Source: the human T2T-CHM13v2.0 reference genome, Homo sapiens
Assembly (NCBI RefSeq): GCF_009914755.1
Contig: NC_060926.1
Reading direction: 5' to 3' (one strand)
DNA length: 64,000 nt
Program-made: the position numbers and the translations under genes
Notes under the pieces: generated by a model
What the model was told of the DNA's origin: nothing
The model's input: the letters and a program-made list of their open reading frames with translations, nothing else
The model's database searches: none
Part shown: in pieces, positions 50,421 through 63,910 of the stretch
Layout of the letters: every line of letters begins with the position of its first letter
Position numbering within the stretch: position 1 is the stretch's first letter

Positions 50421-53400
50421 GGGATGTATCAACCAACTCTAATTTTAACAAACCGAGGAGCACTGCCCCTCCACAGGGCGATAAGAGAGCGGGCATTAGA
50501 GAGAAGAAGTGAAAAGCAGAGTCAATTCATTCAACAAATTTGATCATCAAAATAGCATGCTAACTAGTATCTTTGCTCACTGACTCACTCATTTCTGAGG
50601 CTCATAAAAACAAACCTGAAATGTTACCTGTCTGCTTAAGCAGTCTCTCAGGGAAGTAGCGTACCTTCCCACCTTGATAAATACTGTTTTGTTGGCAATG
50701 GGTTTCGGCTCACTAGTTCTCTTCCTTCTGTCGCTGGGGTCTCTGGAGCCCGGTGCTCCTAACTCTTCTGGCATTTGGGCCTAAGCAGTCCTGAGACTCT
50801 CCTGAATCCCCAGCAATGCCGCCTCCCCTTATCTTCAGTGAAGGCTTCTCTGCCAGCCTCTGGTTCATCCCTGAGGCTGGCTCTTGTTTAAGCCAGTCCA
50901 GGTTCCCCCTCCCAAACAAGGCTGGAGAGCTCAGGAAGCTAAAGGAGGAGCACTGTAAGGAAGAGTGTTTGAGCATGTGTGTGGTGTCACGAGGGAACCC
51001 CAGGTGCATATGAGGACTTGTCTTTTGAACACAGCTGAATTCGAGAACTCCAAAAGGGAATGGGCTGCATGAGATCAAGGGCACAGGTAAAAGTGTTGAT
51101 CTTAATGAGCTTCTCAGTGAAAAAAAGATAAAGGGGAGTGCACAGAAAAAGCAAAATGGGAGACTCCGCTCTGCCAGGTGAGACCTCAATCTTCTGAGTA
51201 AAGTCTAAGGGGACTGATTGTGAGTAAGCTGACAGCAAAGACTCCAGGAAGTAAGTGGTTGGGGGGCGGGCAGCAAGGACAGGTGGAGAGAGTGCTGCAG
51301 GGATGTGTCCAGGTGTAGATAGGGCTAGGAATTAAGCATAGCCAGAGGGAGGCAGGAGAAGTTAGGGTCAAAGGTCAGGTTGTCCAAAAGGCTATGACAA
51401 CTGGCAGCCAAAAGCTGTGCATTAGCTTCTGTGATGAAAGGCCAGAAATGGCTCTTACCTGGCCCTGGTCCCCTCTCCCTACACCCAATGTGTCACATTT
51501 TATCCCAGCATTAAATAATAAGGCATTCATTATGTAAGGAAAGAATCACAAGTGCCTTTATCAAGCACCTGCAATTAAACACACAGCCAACGTATATTGC
51601 AAAAGAGCATCTTTATTACAAGGATACAGATACTTATCTTTTAAATTTAGTAGTTATTCTAAACATACTTCCCTAACTGCCTGCATTCCAAATTCCAAAC
51701 TGTATTGCTTTGATCCACTTAAAAGAGAAAGCATTCTACTCTGAATTAGAACAAGGAAACAGGACTGCAAAACAGCCTAGAGACTCCTGAGCATACCTCT
51801 AGGAGAAATTTTAAAGCTTTTATTTTACCTGAAAATACTGACAACAAAAGCCAATAACCTGCTGTATTACTGAGTAGTTACAATTATATAGAAAAAACAA
51901 TTTTTACATAATGATTTGGTAAATGTCATCATCTTTGTTATATTTTACTTTCGCCCTATATTGTACAAGGGCACTAAGTATTAATAAACCCAATCACAGA
52001 CTTTCTTATTGTTAAATCATTCAATTAGAAGGTGCCACTTTCCTTTTGAAAGAAATCTTTTTTAAAGACTTTTTTAAGTGATGCATTTATCAAAAATACG
52101 AAAATTGCAAAAAACCTAATTGCATACTGCTTTTGAGAAACTACCTCTACTATAGAAAATAAGGTAATGTATCCAAAAGATTATAACAAGATTATTATGA
52201 CAGCTTACACTTGTCCCTGCTCTCTACTTTCCTTCCTTAAGTCGGATCATCTGCCTTCGTAAAAGAACCAGAAAATAACATCCATGTCTGAGTATCAGTG
52301 AGAAGATTTATCCATTCCTTGGGCATAATCCACTCTCTCCTAATTGAGTCAGCATCTGGCAAACTGGCTGGAGGGATCTGGTGCAAGGACACATCCTCAG
52401 ACAAGGTTTCTTGATTCTCAAATGCTCTGACCTGCAGACAAGTCAGGGTCACGGCTCCACTCCCGACAGTGAGACACTTGGCTTCAGGCACATGGTCTCA
52501 TCTCCAAAGTAAATGCATTCAATTTTTTATTCCTTCATTTTATTTACCCCATCAAATAAATAACAATTCCCTATTTCCTAAAGGCTCTTTCTTCTACTCA
52601 AGTTAGAGCAACATTTTCCAAAATGTGTGGAGGTCTTTGCATGCTTTCTAAGAAATGGAACATTCCAGAGAAGAATGCATACTTGTTTGTTTGTGTTCCT
52701 GTCTGTCTGTCTGTTTTGATGGTAATTTGCTTAATCAGTACAACATGTTAGAACTTCTGTTAGACCGAGTTCTGATCTAAACATAGTTATTTAGAAAAAC
52801 TGCTTCCTTGAACATGGGCAGCAAAGCAAGAACAGGTTTGTCAAAGTACAGGGTGTGTAAAGGATTCCTGCTCTCCAGTGGACCTCTGGATCCAGCTTCA
52901 TCAGCATCTCTCTCCCACCAAGCATCCCCTCACCTTTTGTTGTGAGTAAGGGTATGAATGAGTTTGGTGTGTTGCTGCAGGTACAGTTGCCTGCCTGGAA
53001 CCTCAAAAGCAAAGCCATCTGAATTGTAAACATTTTTCAGAAGAGGAGGGCTGCCCTTTTTTTTTTAATTTGAATACTAAAGACGTGCTAAGGCTTCTCA
53101 CTGTGTTTTGATTCTTTATGACAAGTACCATAAAAAAGCAAAACATATTTTTTTTACGGCCAGGTGATATGCAGAAGAGGTGTGGTTTCTGAATATAAGC
53201 CAGGTGGAACTAAAAGGTTTTTCTTTCTCCATTATGACACATTTGAAGCCCAAACCCAAGTAAAAGGTAAGACTCCTGCAAATCTTCCTTGTGACATCTC
53301 GGAAGTATCCCCATTTACATGGAGCTACTAATTTTGTAAATACTTTCATGCAGTTAAAAACTCATTTAATTTTCCTTCCGTTTACTTCTTAACAGATTGC

Positions 53401-53594
53401 TACCACTGGTCAGAAACCAACTTCCTAGAACCTCCTGATATTTGAAGATTCTAATTTTTTTTTTCTTTTCTGACTTGTATCACTGTCCTTAGAAACTGCA
53501 AAGAGAAAACTTTATGCGGAGATCAAGACATACTCCCACGGTTCTGTTAGGTATGACATTAGTCTACCAAAACCAAGCAGAAATACACAGGAGA

Positions 53595-53860
53595 CAGATG
53601 TTAAGAGAATGGGCTTTGGAAATAATCAGACCTAGACATTTGTCCTTTCTCTATAAACGTGTGCAACTATTTAACCTCTCTAAACCACAATTGTCCTATT
53701 TGTAAAATGGTGATTAAAAACAGTGCCTGATTCTTAGCAATAACAATTCTTCCAATTGTTATTGAAAGAATTTGCTAGGACAATCCATGTAAATAAAGCA
53801 CTTAGCTCAGCGCCTGGCACACGTTAAGCTTTCCTTATAATTTTAGCTCATCATTATTAG
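53595..53860 (+). mobile_element. MIR containing an inverted duplication
   Basis: ttaacctctctaaacc...tgtaaaatgg...aaagcacttagctcagcgcctggcacac. Confidence 0.85.
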
Positions 53861-54655
53861 AAACCAGAGCCCCCAGACAGTTACCATGGGGGGTTGCTTC
53901 TGTAATTACCTTATATCTAGAAAGTTGATCTTAGTGAAACTGACATAAAAGTGATACTAATACCAATGGCACTTTCAGTCTAATACTGAATTAAAATCCT
54001 TAAGTAGAAGAGATTTAGGGAATGCACATTAACAAAAAGAAATCCAAATTTAGAAAAATGTAAAGCAACTGGAGAGACTGATTTCAAAGTAAGTAGTACA
54101 CTGCTTATCGCTGAACAAAAAAAAATGATATTCAGAAGAAATGAGATAATGGGCAAACAACTTGGCTTCAAAAAATTTCAAAATATGCTTTATAAGATAC
54201 TTACAAACCATGGTTACATGTCTGGTTTTCTCCAAAAGTGAAATGTTCAATTATTGACATGGAATCCATGGTCCTGGAGTTGGCCATTAAAACCATAGAG
54301 GTTTTGTGAGAACAAGCTTTGGCACTATAGCACAGACATAAAAGAATGTTTTCAAAGCGTGGTGCCACATTCCATATCATTAGATAAAGCACAGAAGAGC
54401 AAAGGGAAGGCTTCAGGGTAAAACTTTAAGAATTAAAACTCAAAACCAGTACAACAAACATTACCCTATCACTTAAAAACTTGTAGCCATCTGGTAAATA
54501 TTAATTCTGTCTAATTCTCACACTTGAGTCAAGCAGGCTGGCTATTTGATTTGGTAGTCATGTGCAATGTGGTCATATGAGGTTACAGAGAATTGCTTGC
54601 CTACCATGAACACCACAAAAGTAGTTTGAACATATCTATTTCTTCACTACCATAG

Positions 54656-55048
<393 letters not shown>

Positions 55049-55519
55049 AAATGAAAACCAAACACAGCCCTGAGAAACACCAGTGTAGCTAGGATGAGGG
55101 TAAAAGCAATGTCTATTTCCATGAACTCTTAAAGGGAAATGATGTCATGACCCTCCTAGATGCTAAGAAAAAATCAAATCCAAATAATATCAAGTAATAG
55201 AATTTGAATTACTGGTGTTGAGTGTACACCCATTATTGCTATAGTAAATGCGGAATTATAATACATAAATTACAGTTACATAATAGCTCTAATTTTCATT
55301 TTTACATCAGAATTTTTTCTTTAAGCTTATACTTTGTTCAACTGGTAATGCAAGCTCACTAAGTAAAATCTTATAAACTAGAGAAACAGAAAAAATATCA
55401 CCACCATCCGAAGAAAACACAAATCTACTGATGTGTATCCCCTGTCTCATATGGTGTGTATATATACCATGTCTCACCACATTACACATGGTGTATATTG
55501 ACATCTCTTTGCTAGCAAG

Positions 55520-55740
55520 AAGGTTCTGGGTACTGTTCTAAGTACCTTATATGGTTGACTTATTTCATCTTCACAAAAATTTTATGCCAGAAAGTCTACA
55601 ATATTTCCATTTTACAAGTAATAACACTGAGGCCCCTAGAGATTAAATGATTTGCCCAAGAAGACGCGGGGAGTGGTATGTGGAGTAATTGATGGAACAA
55701 GGAGTAATATCCAGGTAGTGTGACTCCAGAACCCACATCC
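55520..55740 (-). mobile_element. MIR fragment
   Basis: ccattttacaag...actgaggcccctagagattaaatgatttgcccaag...tgactccagaaccca. Confidence 0.8.
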
Positions 55741-56129
55741 AGTGGCAAATTTCATCTAAAACACGCTTTTTCAGATAAACTTGTGGCTAGTTCAAAAGAT
55801 GCCTCCACAACAATGAGCAATCATTTCCAATAAAAATATTTACTTTTAGGCTCCATCCAGATGACATTGTGGAAAAAGGGAGCAAATTCTTCAAATTCTT
55901 GTAGTTTTCTTACTGTGGCCAGTTTAATCACATTTGCTGGGGTGACAGTTTGCCTCGAGACTTAGTAAGTAAACTATGTTTTGCCCATCTCCTAAAGCAC
56001 CGGGCATTCTGGCAGTCATGTTTTACCTGGGCTTAATTCTTCTTGAATTTCATATATTAAAATATGTCACTACAGGTAATTTTGTTTTCAGAAAAATTAG
56101 ATGGTTGGCGTATTTTTAGTATATTTGTA

Positions 56130-56900
56130 AAGATCTTACTTTTATATTAGTAGATTTTTTTAACTGGGCTAAATATAAAATGGTCATGTAAAAATGTTTT
56201 CTTTCAAAATTCTGTAGACGTTGCTCCATTGTGTCCAGAGAAAAAGTTAGGCTAAGGCCAACTTAGCTTTGTTCTTTTTGTTTTTCACCATTTTTTCTAC
56301 ATGAATGCTTATAGTCTCTTTTCCTCCATCCCTGTAATTCAAATGTAACAAAGTTCTCTTTTCATTTAATTTACTTTGAACATGGTGAGCTCTTTTGATC
56401 TGCTTGTTCATTCTTTTTCAACTCAGGAAACTTTTATTTAATGATATATTGGAATAATTGCTTCTGTTCTTGTTCTACTTGTTATTTATTTTCTCTAGAA
56501 CACCTATAATTCTCAGGTTGGCTCTCCATTCTCTATCCTCCATACATATCATTTTCTTGCATTATTTTCAACCCTTGATTTTTTTCTTCCTCTGCATCCT
56601 AGTAGAATTTCTCAAGTTTGTCTTTTTGATTGCTTATAATACCTATTTGATTGCTTGTAACTTCACTCTGCTCTGTACTGCTTTAATTCTATTTATGCAC
56701 CTTTATTTTTCAACAATATATTTCTAATGTTACCAAACTACAATTTCATCTAGTATGAATTCTTGCTTCTATTTTATGGTAACCCTGCCTGTCTTTTTCC
56801 TTTTTTCTTTTTCTTTTTTAATATCCCATATATGATGCTAGTTTTCTACTTTTTTTTTTCTCATTCCTACAATAATTCTTTTTCAGAGGTCTTCTCTTCA
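56130..56900 (-). mobile_element. Old L1/HAL1 ORF1-region fragment
   Basis: T-rich: gttgctccattgt, caactcaggaaacttt, tctagaacacctataattctcaggttgg. Confidence 0.6.
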
Positions 56901-56916
56901 TTGATGTCTTCTGGAT

Positions 56917-57348
56917 TGTGGAGTCCTAATTAGGTAAAAGGAGTCATGCTGGAAGGACCAAGGGAAAGCAAAAAGTAAAAGCAGATAAGCTCTAAGTCTG
57001 TCTTTCTTCATGGTCCGGGACACATAGCCCTCCTGCGCAAATAACTCAAAATCTTCCTGTGCCCACCTATCACCAGACACCTGCAAACTAGCTCACTGTA
57101 ACCTTGGCGTTATCAGTACTGCACAAAGCTCTCTTCAGCATACGCATAAACACTCTTCTAGAAAATCCCCAGCGATTCTTTGTTTCCTTGCAGACAGCCC
57201 CTTCTCTGCCTTCCTGCCTCTTGCATCCTTCCACCGTATTTTCATACTTTCTGTAGTAAATCTGCCTTTCTTTACCTACAACTGTCTTGGTAAATTCTTT
57301 AACCACCCACGTGAAACTGGGCCCAGAGAGTCACACTCACCTGTAACA
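56917..57348 (+). mobile_element. ERVL solo LTR, LTR47-like, with a perfect 5-bp TSD
   Basis: TG...CA termini (tgtggagtcctaattagg ... acctgtaaca). TSD tggat at 56912-56916 and 57349-57353. Confidence 0.85.
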
Positions 57349-57381
57349 TGGATGATATTCTACTCCCTTTGTTCTATTATA

Positions 57382-57391
57382 TGTGTGTGTG

Positions 57392-57434
<43 letters not shown>
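57382..57434. repeat. (TG)6 ... (AT)18 microsatellite
   Basis: Direct count; the AT run spans 57399-57434. Confidence 0.93.
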
Positions 57435-57437
<3 letters not shown>

Positions 57438-60030
57438 CTTTTAATAAGAGATCTGCCAAACCCAGCATCCAAAAGACAGGATGTACATGTTAACTTTGGC
57501 TCTCTCATTTGTCCAGTTGGGTCTTCATCAAATTTCTTTTTTGGAACTATGTGTGGATGTGCACAGAGATCATAGGCTTATTCCTCTTCTCTAACCGACA
57601 AAACTGTCCTCAATGAGATGGCGTCTTCCCAGCCCCACGCTTTAGCTCTCTGATTCTGAACAAGTGGATTATGTAAGAAGACACAATACAGCCAGGATTT
57701 CTCCTACTTCTGCTCTCATGGACTACCATCCTGTTCTATCCCACACCTCATTTCCTTTTTATCAAGTTTCTGTCTAGGAGTTTTAGGTTGAAGTGGAAGG
57801 AGAAATAAAGGGATCGAGGAGTTCCTATGACACAAGGGCTGTTGAGTTTTTTAATTGATGAAAACCTTAAGTTCTATATTGGTGGCAGACAGTGGGAAAT
57901 GCTGAAAAGGCTATCATGCCCGCATGCAGGACTACTGACCATAGTGTTCAGACTCATTCAACCAGCCTTCGGTACTTAGTGCAATGTTCTAGCTTCTGGC
58001 AATAGGTAAATGGTCAGTTTCAGGTTTCCATCAGAGTATAGAATTTTCACCTTTTCTGTGTTAAGTGTTTATTTTAGGGGCTGCTAACCAAATGCTATTT
58101 TTAAACCAGAAGTTCTGAAGTGGATACTGAAGAAGGAGATTTCCTTTGTCCTCATTACATTATTATTGGTGACAGGTGGACATGGCAATACATTGGCCAG
58201 AGCCACCAGATACTCACATTCCTTCTCTGCGAGTGTCATGGAGAATGATAAAAACCGAGACAACTGAAATGCTCTAGCAACACGTTGTGGAGCTGACAAG
58301 GAATGAGAGGTAACATCGCTCACAAATCTAGACCAGCATCGCCTGTCTTAGAAGTGTCCTGGGAACAGTTTCTCATCACTGGTCCAGGATAATTCAACTG
58401 CTTTTTAGGAGAAAATTTAAGAGAGAACCAGGGTTGTTGTTTTTTTAATCTTTGACAGGAGTTAAGAATAGAAGTTCAACCCAGTATAATAGAATAAAAA
58501 ATTAATTTAGGAAGCAAGACCAAATACTTAGAAATGTGATTAAGTGATAAGTATCAACTGACTTGAACTGTTCAATTTTGTAATTGTTATGGTAATCTAC
58601 TATTTCCTTTAGAAAAGATTCTAGGATTCTTCCATTCTGTGTATATATAAAAGTAATCAGGTCAGTTTGAGAAGCATAGTTGCTATAGTTTACAGTTTAT
58701 CTTTTAGTAATTTCATACAACATCTAAATACTGTACTAACAATAATATGACTCTGGCTGTTTCATTAAGATATTTTTAAGTAGAAAAATGGCCTACCAGC
58801 CTCAAATATTTGGGGAAGGGAGCTATTGTCTGTGAAAATTGAAACAAGGCAAATACACACATGCGCACACACGCACTCATATGCACACAACCTTCTCAGA
58901 GAAACTTCCATCTCCACATTCAAGTAAGAGTTTGATCCCCTGGACCCTGCCACCTAAGCTGATTTGAACCTGGCTTCATTTCCTCATTTAACTTTGATTT
59001 CTAGTATCAGCAAAGCTAAGCATAAGCTGTAATTAAAAGAATAATGCAGGAACAGAGGAGACAAAATAGAAATTGAAAATTAATTAAGATTAAGTAAAAT
59101 TAGTTTCACTTAATAGGCACACACTAGCCTGTGATGGTAAGCTTATTAGTTCTACTGATGTGAATTCATAAGAGCTTAAAAGGTCTATATTAAGATTCTG
59201 TCTTTGAAAACGCTTCTCATTATCAACCCAACTACTTGATGAAACATCCTAGAGGAAAGTCATGTTCTTATTGACTTAAGAGTCTTTTAACACCATGATC
59301 ATCTCCCAATGTGTATAAATGGAGTGGTCCCAGGGAAAGGTGAACTATGCACAAAAATGTCACAGTAAATATTGCCTCATCTCCCCATCCCCAAGGACAT
59401 ATCTGCCCATGAGAATTTCTAAGTGGTTAAAGTATAAGGTCTTTGTGAAAGTTTTCAACTTTAATGACTCAGGTTTTAGATATGATAGGAACAGGCTGTA
59501 ATCTTTCTCATAATGAACGATCAATTTTCTTCTCAATGATGAAATAGATGCCTATTCTGTCAGACATTCAAGTAGAGTTTACACTTTCATCTAAAATAAG
59601 CATTTTTGTTCTTCACAAGAGCTGAGATTTTTAAAAAATCCATGTGTGCTACCGTGTAATGTAACCATCCTACAGTCTAATAAATTGGCGTTTAAGTGCT
59701 CAGTATTTTTTTTAATGTGTGAAAGTTCTATAAAGACCACATTCATCAATACACATAAAAGCCAGGATATTTTCTGGAAAAAAAGAACAAACAAAAATTT
59801 TAAAAAACAAAAAAGCATCACCATTTATTTGTAAATCTGTTTCTCAAAAGAGAGAAGCAGGTCTGTTAGCATATGTTTTAACTGTAAGTTGCTTTTTGCA
59901 GTGATTTGAACAATGAATCACTTTTTTTCATGTCTAATCGGTAGCAGGTATCTAAAAAGCAATGTGATGAAGAGATACTGTGTTGTGAGTGTCCATTTTA
60001 TCTTGAAACACATTAGAAATTAACATTAGA

Positions 60031-60232
60031 CATGAGTTTCTCAACAGCATGAGCTAGATAATTCTCTGTAATGGGGGACTGTCCTGTACATCCCTCACCA
60101 CTACCCAGTAGATAACAGTAGTATCCTGCTGGCTCACCACCAATTGTGATGACCAAAAGTGTGTCTAGACATTTCCAAATGTCCCTTGTGGGAAGCAGGG
60201 AGACAGGGGATTACTCCTGGTTGAGAACCACC
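60031..60232 (-). mobile_element. MER20 (hAT-Charlie MITE)
   Basis: TIRs gtttctcaac / ggttgagaaccac; tgtctagacatttccaaatgtccc. Confidence 0.85.
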
Positions 60233-62617
60233 ATCCCAGGGCCCTTGCCAAATTGTGCTTGCTCTGGAAATAAGCAGAGCTCTTTCTTCTTGGTTGAAGA
60301 GAATTAACGTATTTGGGTGTCCCTTGCTCAAATGTGTGGTTGGTGCTCACTGCATTTGTGTACTTGCACTTTATCAATTTCAGCCAGTGTGTGACTCTTC
60401 GTGATTGGAAGTACAGCCTTTGCTGGTGTTGCAGTGAAGGGCACTTACTGCAGCCAATAACCTCTGTTCAACTGCAGACACAAGTCTCTCAGGGAAAAAA
60501 AATAGGTTTAACATCAAGGGAACCAACATTATTCCTCCTAATAGACATTCTTCCCTTGGCTTCTCTCTTTGTTTTCCTTCCCTGTCAACAATTCTTAATG
60601 GGAAATCCATATTTTTTCTGTTGGCTATTTCTAGAAGAAAGCTTCAGGTCTACTACTTCCAACTTCACTCCTCTTCCCAGTACTTTTATCCCTTTCCAGT
60701 TCAAGCCATGAATTTCACTATAGTGCCCTCTCACGCTGCACACCAGTCTCCCTTCTTAAGACAAATGGGTTCCTGCAAGTCACACATGACAAACTGTATG
60801 CCCTGTTCCAACCTGCCTCCCTAAAGCAGCTCTGTAATAGAAGGCACAATAAAAGCAAGTCATTTAAAGAGTATCAATAGGTGACCACGGAGTAAGAAAA
60901 CTCGATTATTATACATTGGGTGGGTTGCACTTTAAAAATACCTAGAGGGGAGATTGGAGCTTCTGTCCCTAGTAGGAAAGATGTGCAGACTCTCAGGGAT
61001 TTACCTACAGCAAAAAGAGCTATTTGCAAAGCACGAAGCGGGTGACAGTGGTTTTTGTAAGAGGACACACAAAGAGCAGAAACAGACTCACTCACCTTCA
61101 AGCCACTAAAAACAGAAAGTGGCCTAATCTGGCAGGAAATCTTTTAGTTAAGTGATATTTGTTAAGAGCACTCAGGAGAATGCCCACTGGGCTACGTATG
61201 GGGAGGATCTGGTCACCTGAGGACCATTTCTGTTCTAAGACAGCCTGATAAAAGGAAACCTAGGTTGGGGAAAGACAGGTCCTAGGCTGTTCTGGAGCCT
61301 GAAGCTATTATGTCCTAGGCCTCTGTCCCTGATCCACTTCCTCCCAGTTTAGAGTGTTCTAGGAAGGTCATCATGGCTCCAAGGTCAATCTGCAATTGCA
61401 TTTAGTTGGGTTGGTGATAAGAATCTAGCTTGCCTTGGGTCACTTGAAACCAACCCCAAACCTTCTATAATCTGTGCTCAGTACCAAGTTGAGGGTTTGG
61501 TGGTGAGCAGTCTCTTTCAGGGATTTGGAACAACAGCAGACACAAAGGACTAGAAGCAAATGTTTCCCACAAAGCCCTCATAGATCAATCAATCTTTAGA
61601 GCAGAAGCTCTCAATATCTTAAAGTTAAGCAATTATGGAGGTAGGTCTGAGAGAACAAGTTGCTGGGCAACCCCTTGCCTTTCTACACCCACTTCTCTAG
61701 TACCAAACATTTCCATTCTAGCAGGTGGGAACTGGTTGCCTGGAAATGCTTATCTAGGAAAGTCATTAATACAACATAGATTCTGACTCAGCACCCAGGT
61801 GTGTGCCAGTTAAGAGCAACTGCTTATACACAACTATAGCAGCCCTGACTCTCAGGCTCCAACTCAGATATATAAGAAATAAACGCTTTTCATTGTTACA
61901 GCAAACCTATTTTTTTTCATTTGGACAGCCCATTGCATTGGTTGAGAACAAGGAAGCAGGAAACAAAATCTTATGCAATTGAGGGTCCTCCTCAGAGATG
62001 GCTCTTAGGCTCCTGGGGGCAGGCACAGACCAAGACCTAGAAGTGCAAGAATATCACCTGTCCATGCACCAATTGAAGTATCTGCAGCATCTCAACTCTT
62101 CAGTGGTTGAGTTACAGAGACACTTGCTGTGAGGTCGCTTCCCCTTGGCTGTAAGACTTCCCTGGGTCCATATCTGAGCCTCTCAAGAACACACAAGAAA
62201 TCTAAGAGTAGGAGTGAAAAAAACTACTCAAGACTATTTCTGACCCATGTCTAAACATTTCTACTCAAAGCATCCCCTGTCATGGGCAAGGCCTTATATA
62301 CTAGGAAAATTGTCATGTCTATGAGTTATACCCAGGAAGGAAGAAATAGGTCTCCTCAACTCTCAGATGATCTAACTCATCTGAGGTTTTAATCATGTCT
62401 TCCCCACCCCTTGTCTGAACTAGCTATGGGCCCCTTCTCAAAAGTCTCCCTGAATCTAAACTTTCTTCCTTAAATTTGACTCTCTCCTCCTACCATGCTG
62501 ATAGAATCTTTATCTAAAAAAGATAAGGTAAATAGAGGAAGACAAGTTGTTCTCTCTCACTTCATTGGTGTTGTATGTGCATATCTTCATGTTTAAAGCT
62601 TAAAAACGCTAACTGAG

Positions 62618-63129
<512 letters not shown>

Positions 63130-63189
63130 CTATCATCCAACTGCATAATAAAATGATGAGAGTGCCTGCCTTTGACAACGGGTGGTTCA

Positions 63190-63478
63190 TTTTTTTGTTT
63201 TTTCAAATTTATTTTACATTCAGGGGATACATGTGCAGGTTTGTTACCTGGGAATATTGTATGATGCTGAGGTTTGGGGTACAAATGATCCTGTCACCCA
63301 AGTACCGAACATAGTACCCCAATAGTTATTCATAGTTTTTTTCATCTCTTGCTCCACTCCTACCTTCCCTCTAGTGGTCCCTGGTGTCTATCATTGCCAT
63401 CTTTATGTCCATGAGTACCTAATGTTTAGCTCCCACCTGTGAGACCATGTGGTATTAGATTTTCTGTTCCTGCGTTAA
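63190..63478 (-). mobile_element. L1PA15/16-like 3' end with a 14-bp TSD
   Basis: tgatgctgaggtttggggtacaaatgatcctgtcaccc. TSD acaacgggtggttc (63175-63188) / acaatgggtagttc (63479-63492). Confidence 0.9.
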
Positions 63479-63910
63479 ACAATGGGTAGTTCCAGCAAAG
63501 TGTGTATATCATGCAATCCTGCTTTGCACTTACATTTCAGACTTTCCCATTTAAGGCTTATAGGTCTTCCTGAAATACAGATGAATGCAATGCATGTCAT
63601 GTTTTTCAGCCTCTTCATGAGCCCACAATCTGATGGCCTTTTGTTCATAAGAGTGCCTGATAACTAAGTTGACTTTTAATTCTCTGCATCTTTCAGTAGT
63701 GACTGGGTTACTGTCCTATCAGAAAAGATTAGAGGCTTCTCCAGTCTCCTTAATTATACGGCAATAAAACATTAAGGTTTGAGATACATTATTTTCAATA
63801 AATAAGAGGACAGCTTGTTGACAATACTCAACCAAGTGTGCAAATGGTAGAAATAAATATAATGGACTCCTTTTTCAATACACAATTTCTCTGGAATTAT
63901 TAATGAACAT

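Noticed and set aside
50713-51189. Longest ORF in the track (158 aa, minus strand)
   Set aside because: Non-ATG start and no recognisable domain; not called as a CDS. The region is reported only as a candidate promoter or first exon.
51518-51562. Imperfect hairpin with AAGGCAC (miR-124/506 seed-like) on the minus strand
   Set aside because: The stem is only ~9-11 bp with a large loop, and the rest does not match miR-124 or miR-506.
51822-51840. Another AG|GT juxtaposition on the minus strand (ttttcAG|GTAAAA)
   Set aside because: Short pyrimidine tract and weak donor. It shows such motifs arise by chance, so only the stronger sites were kept.
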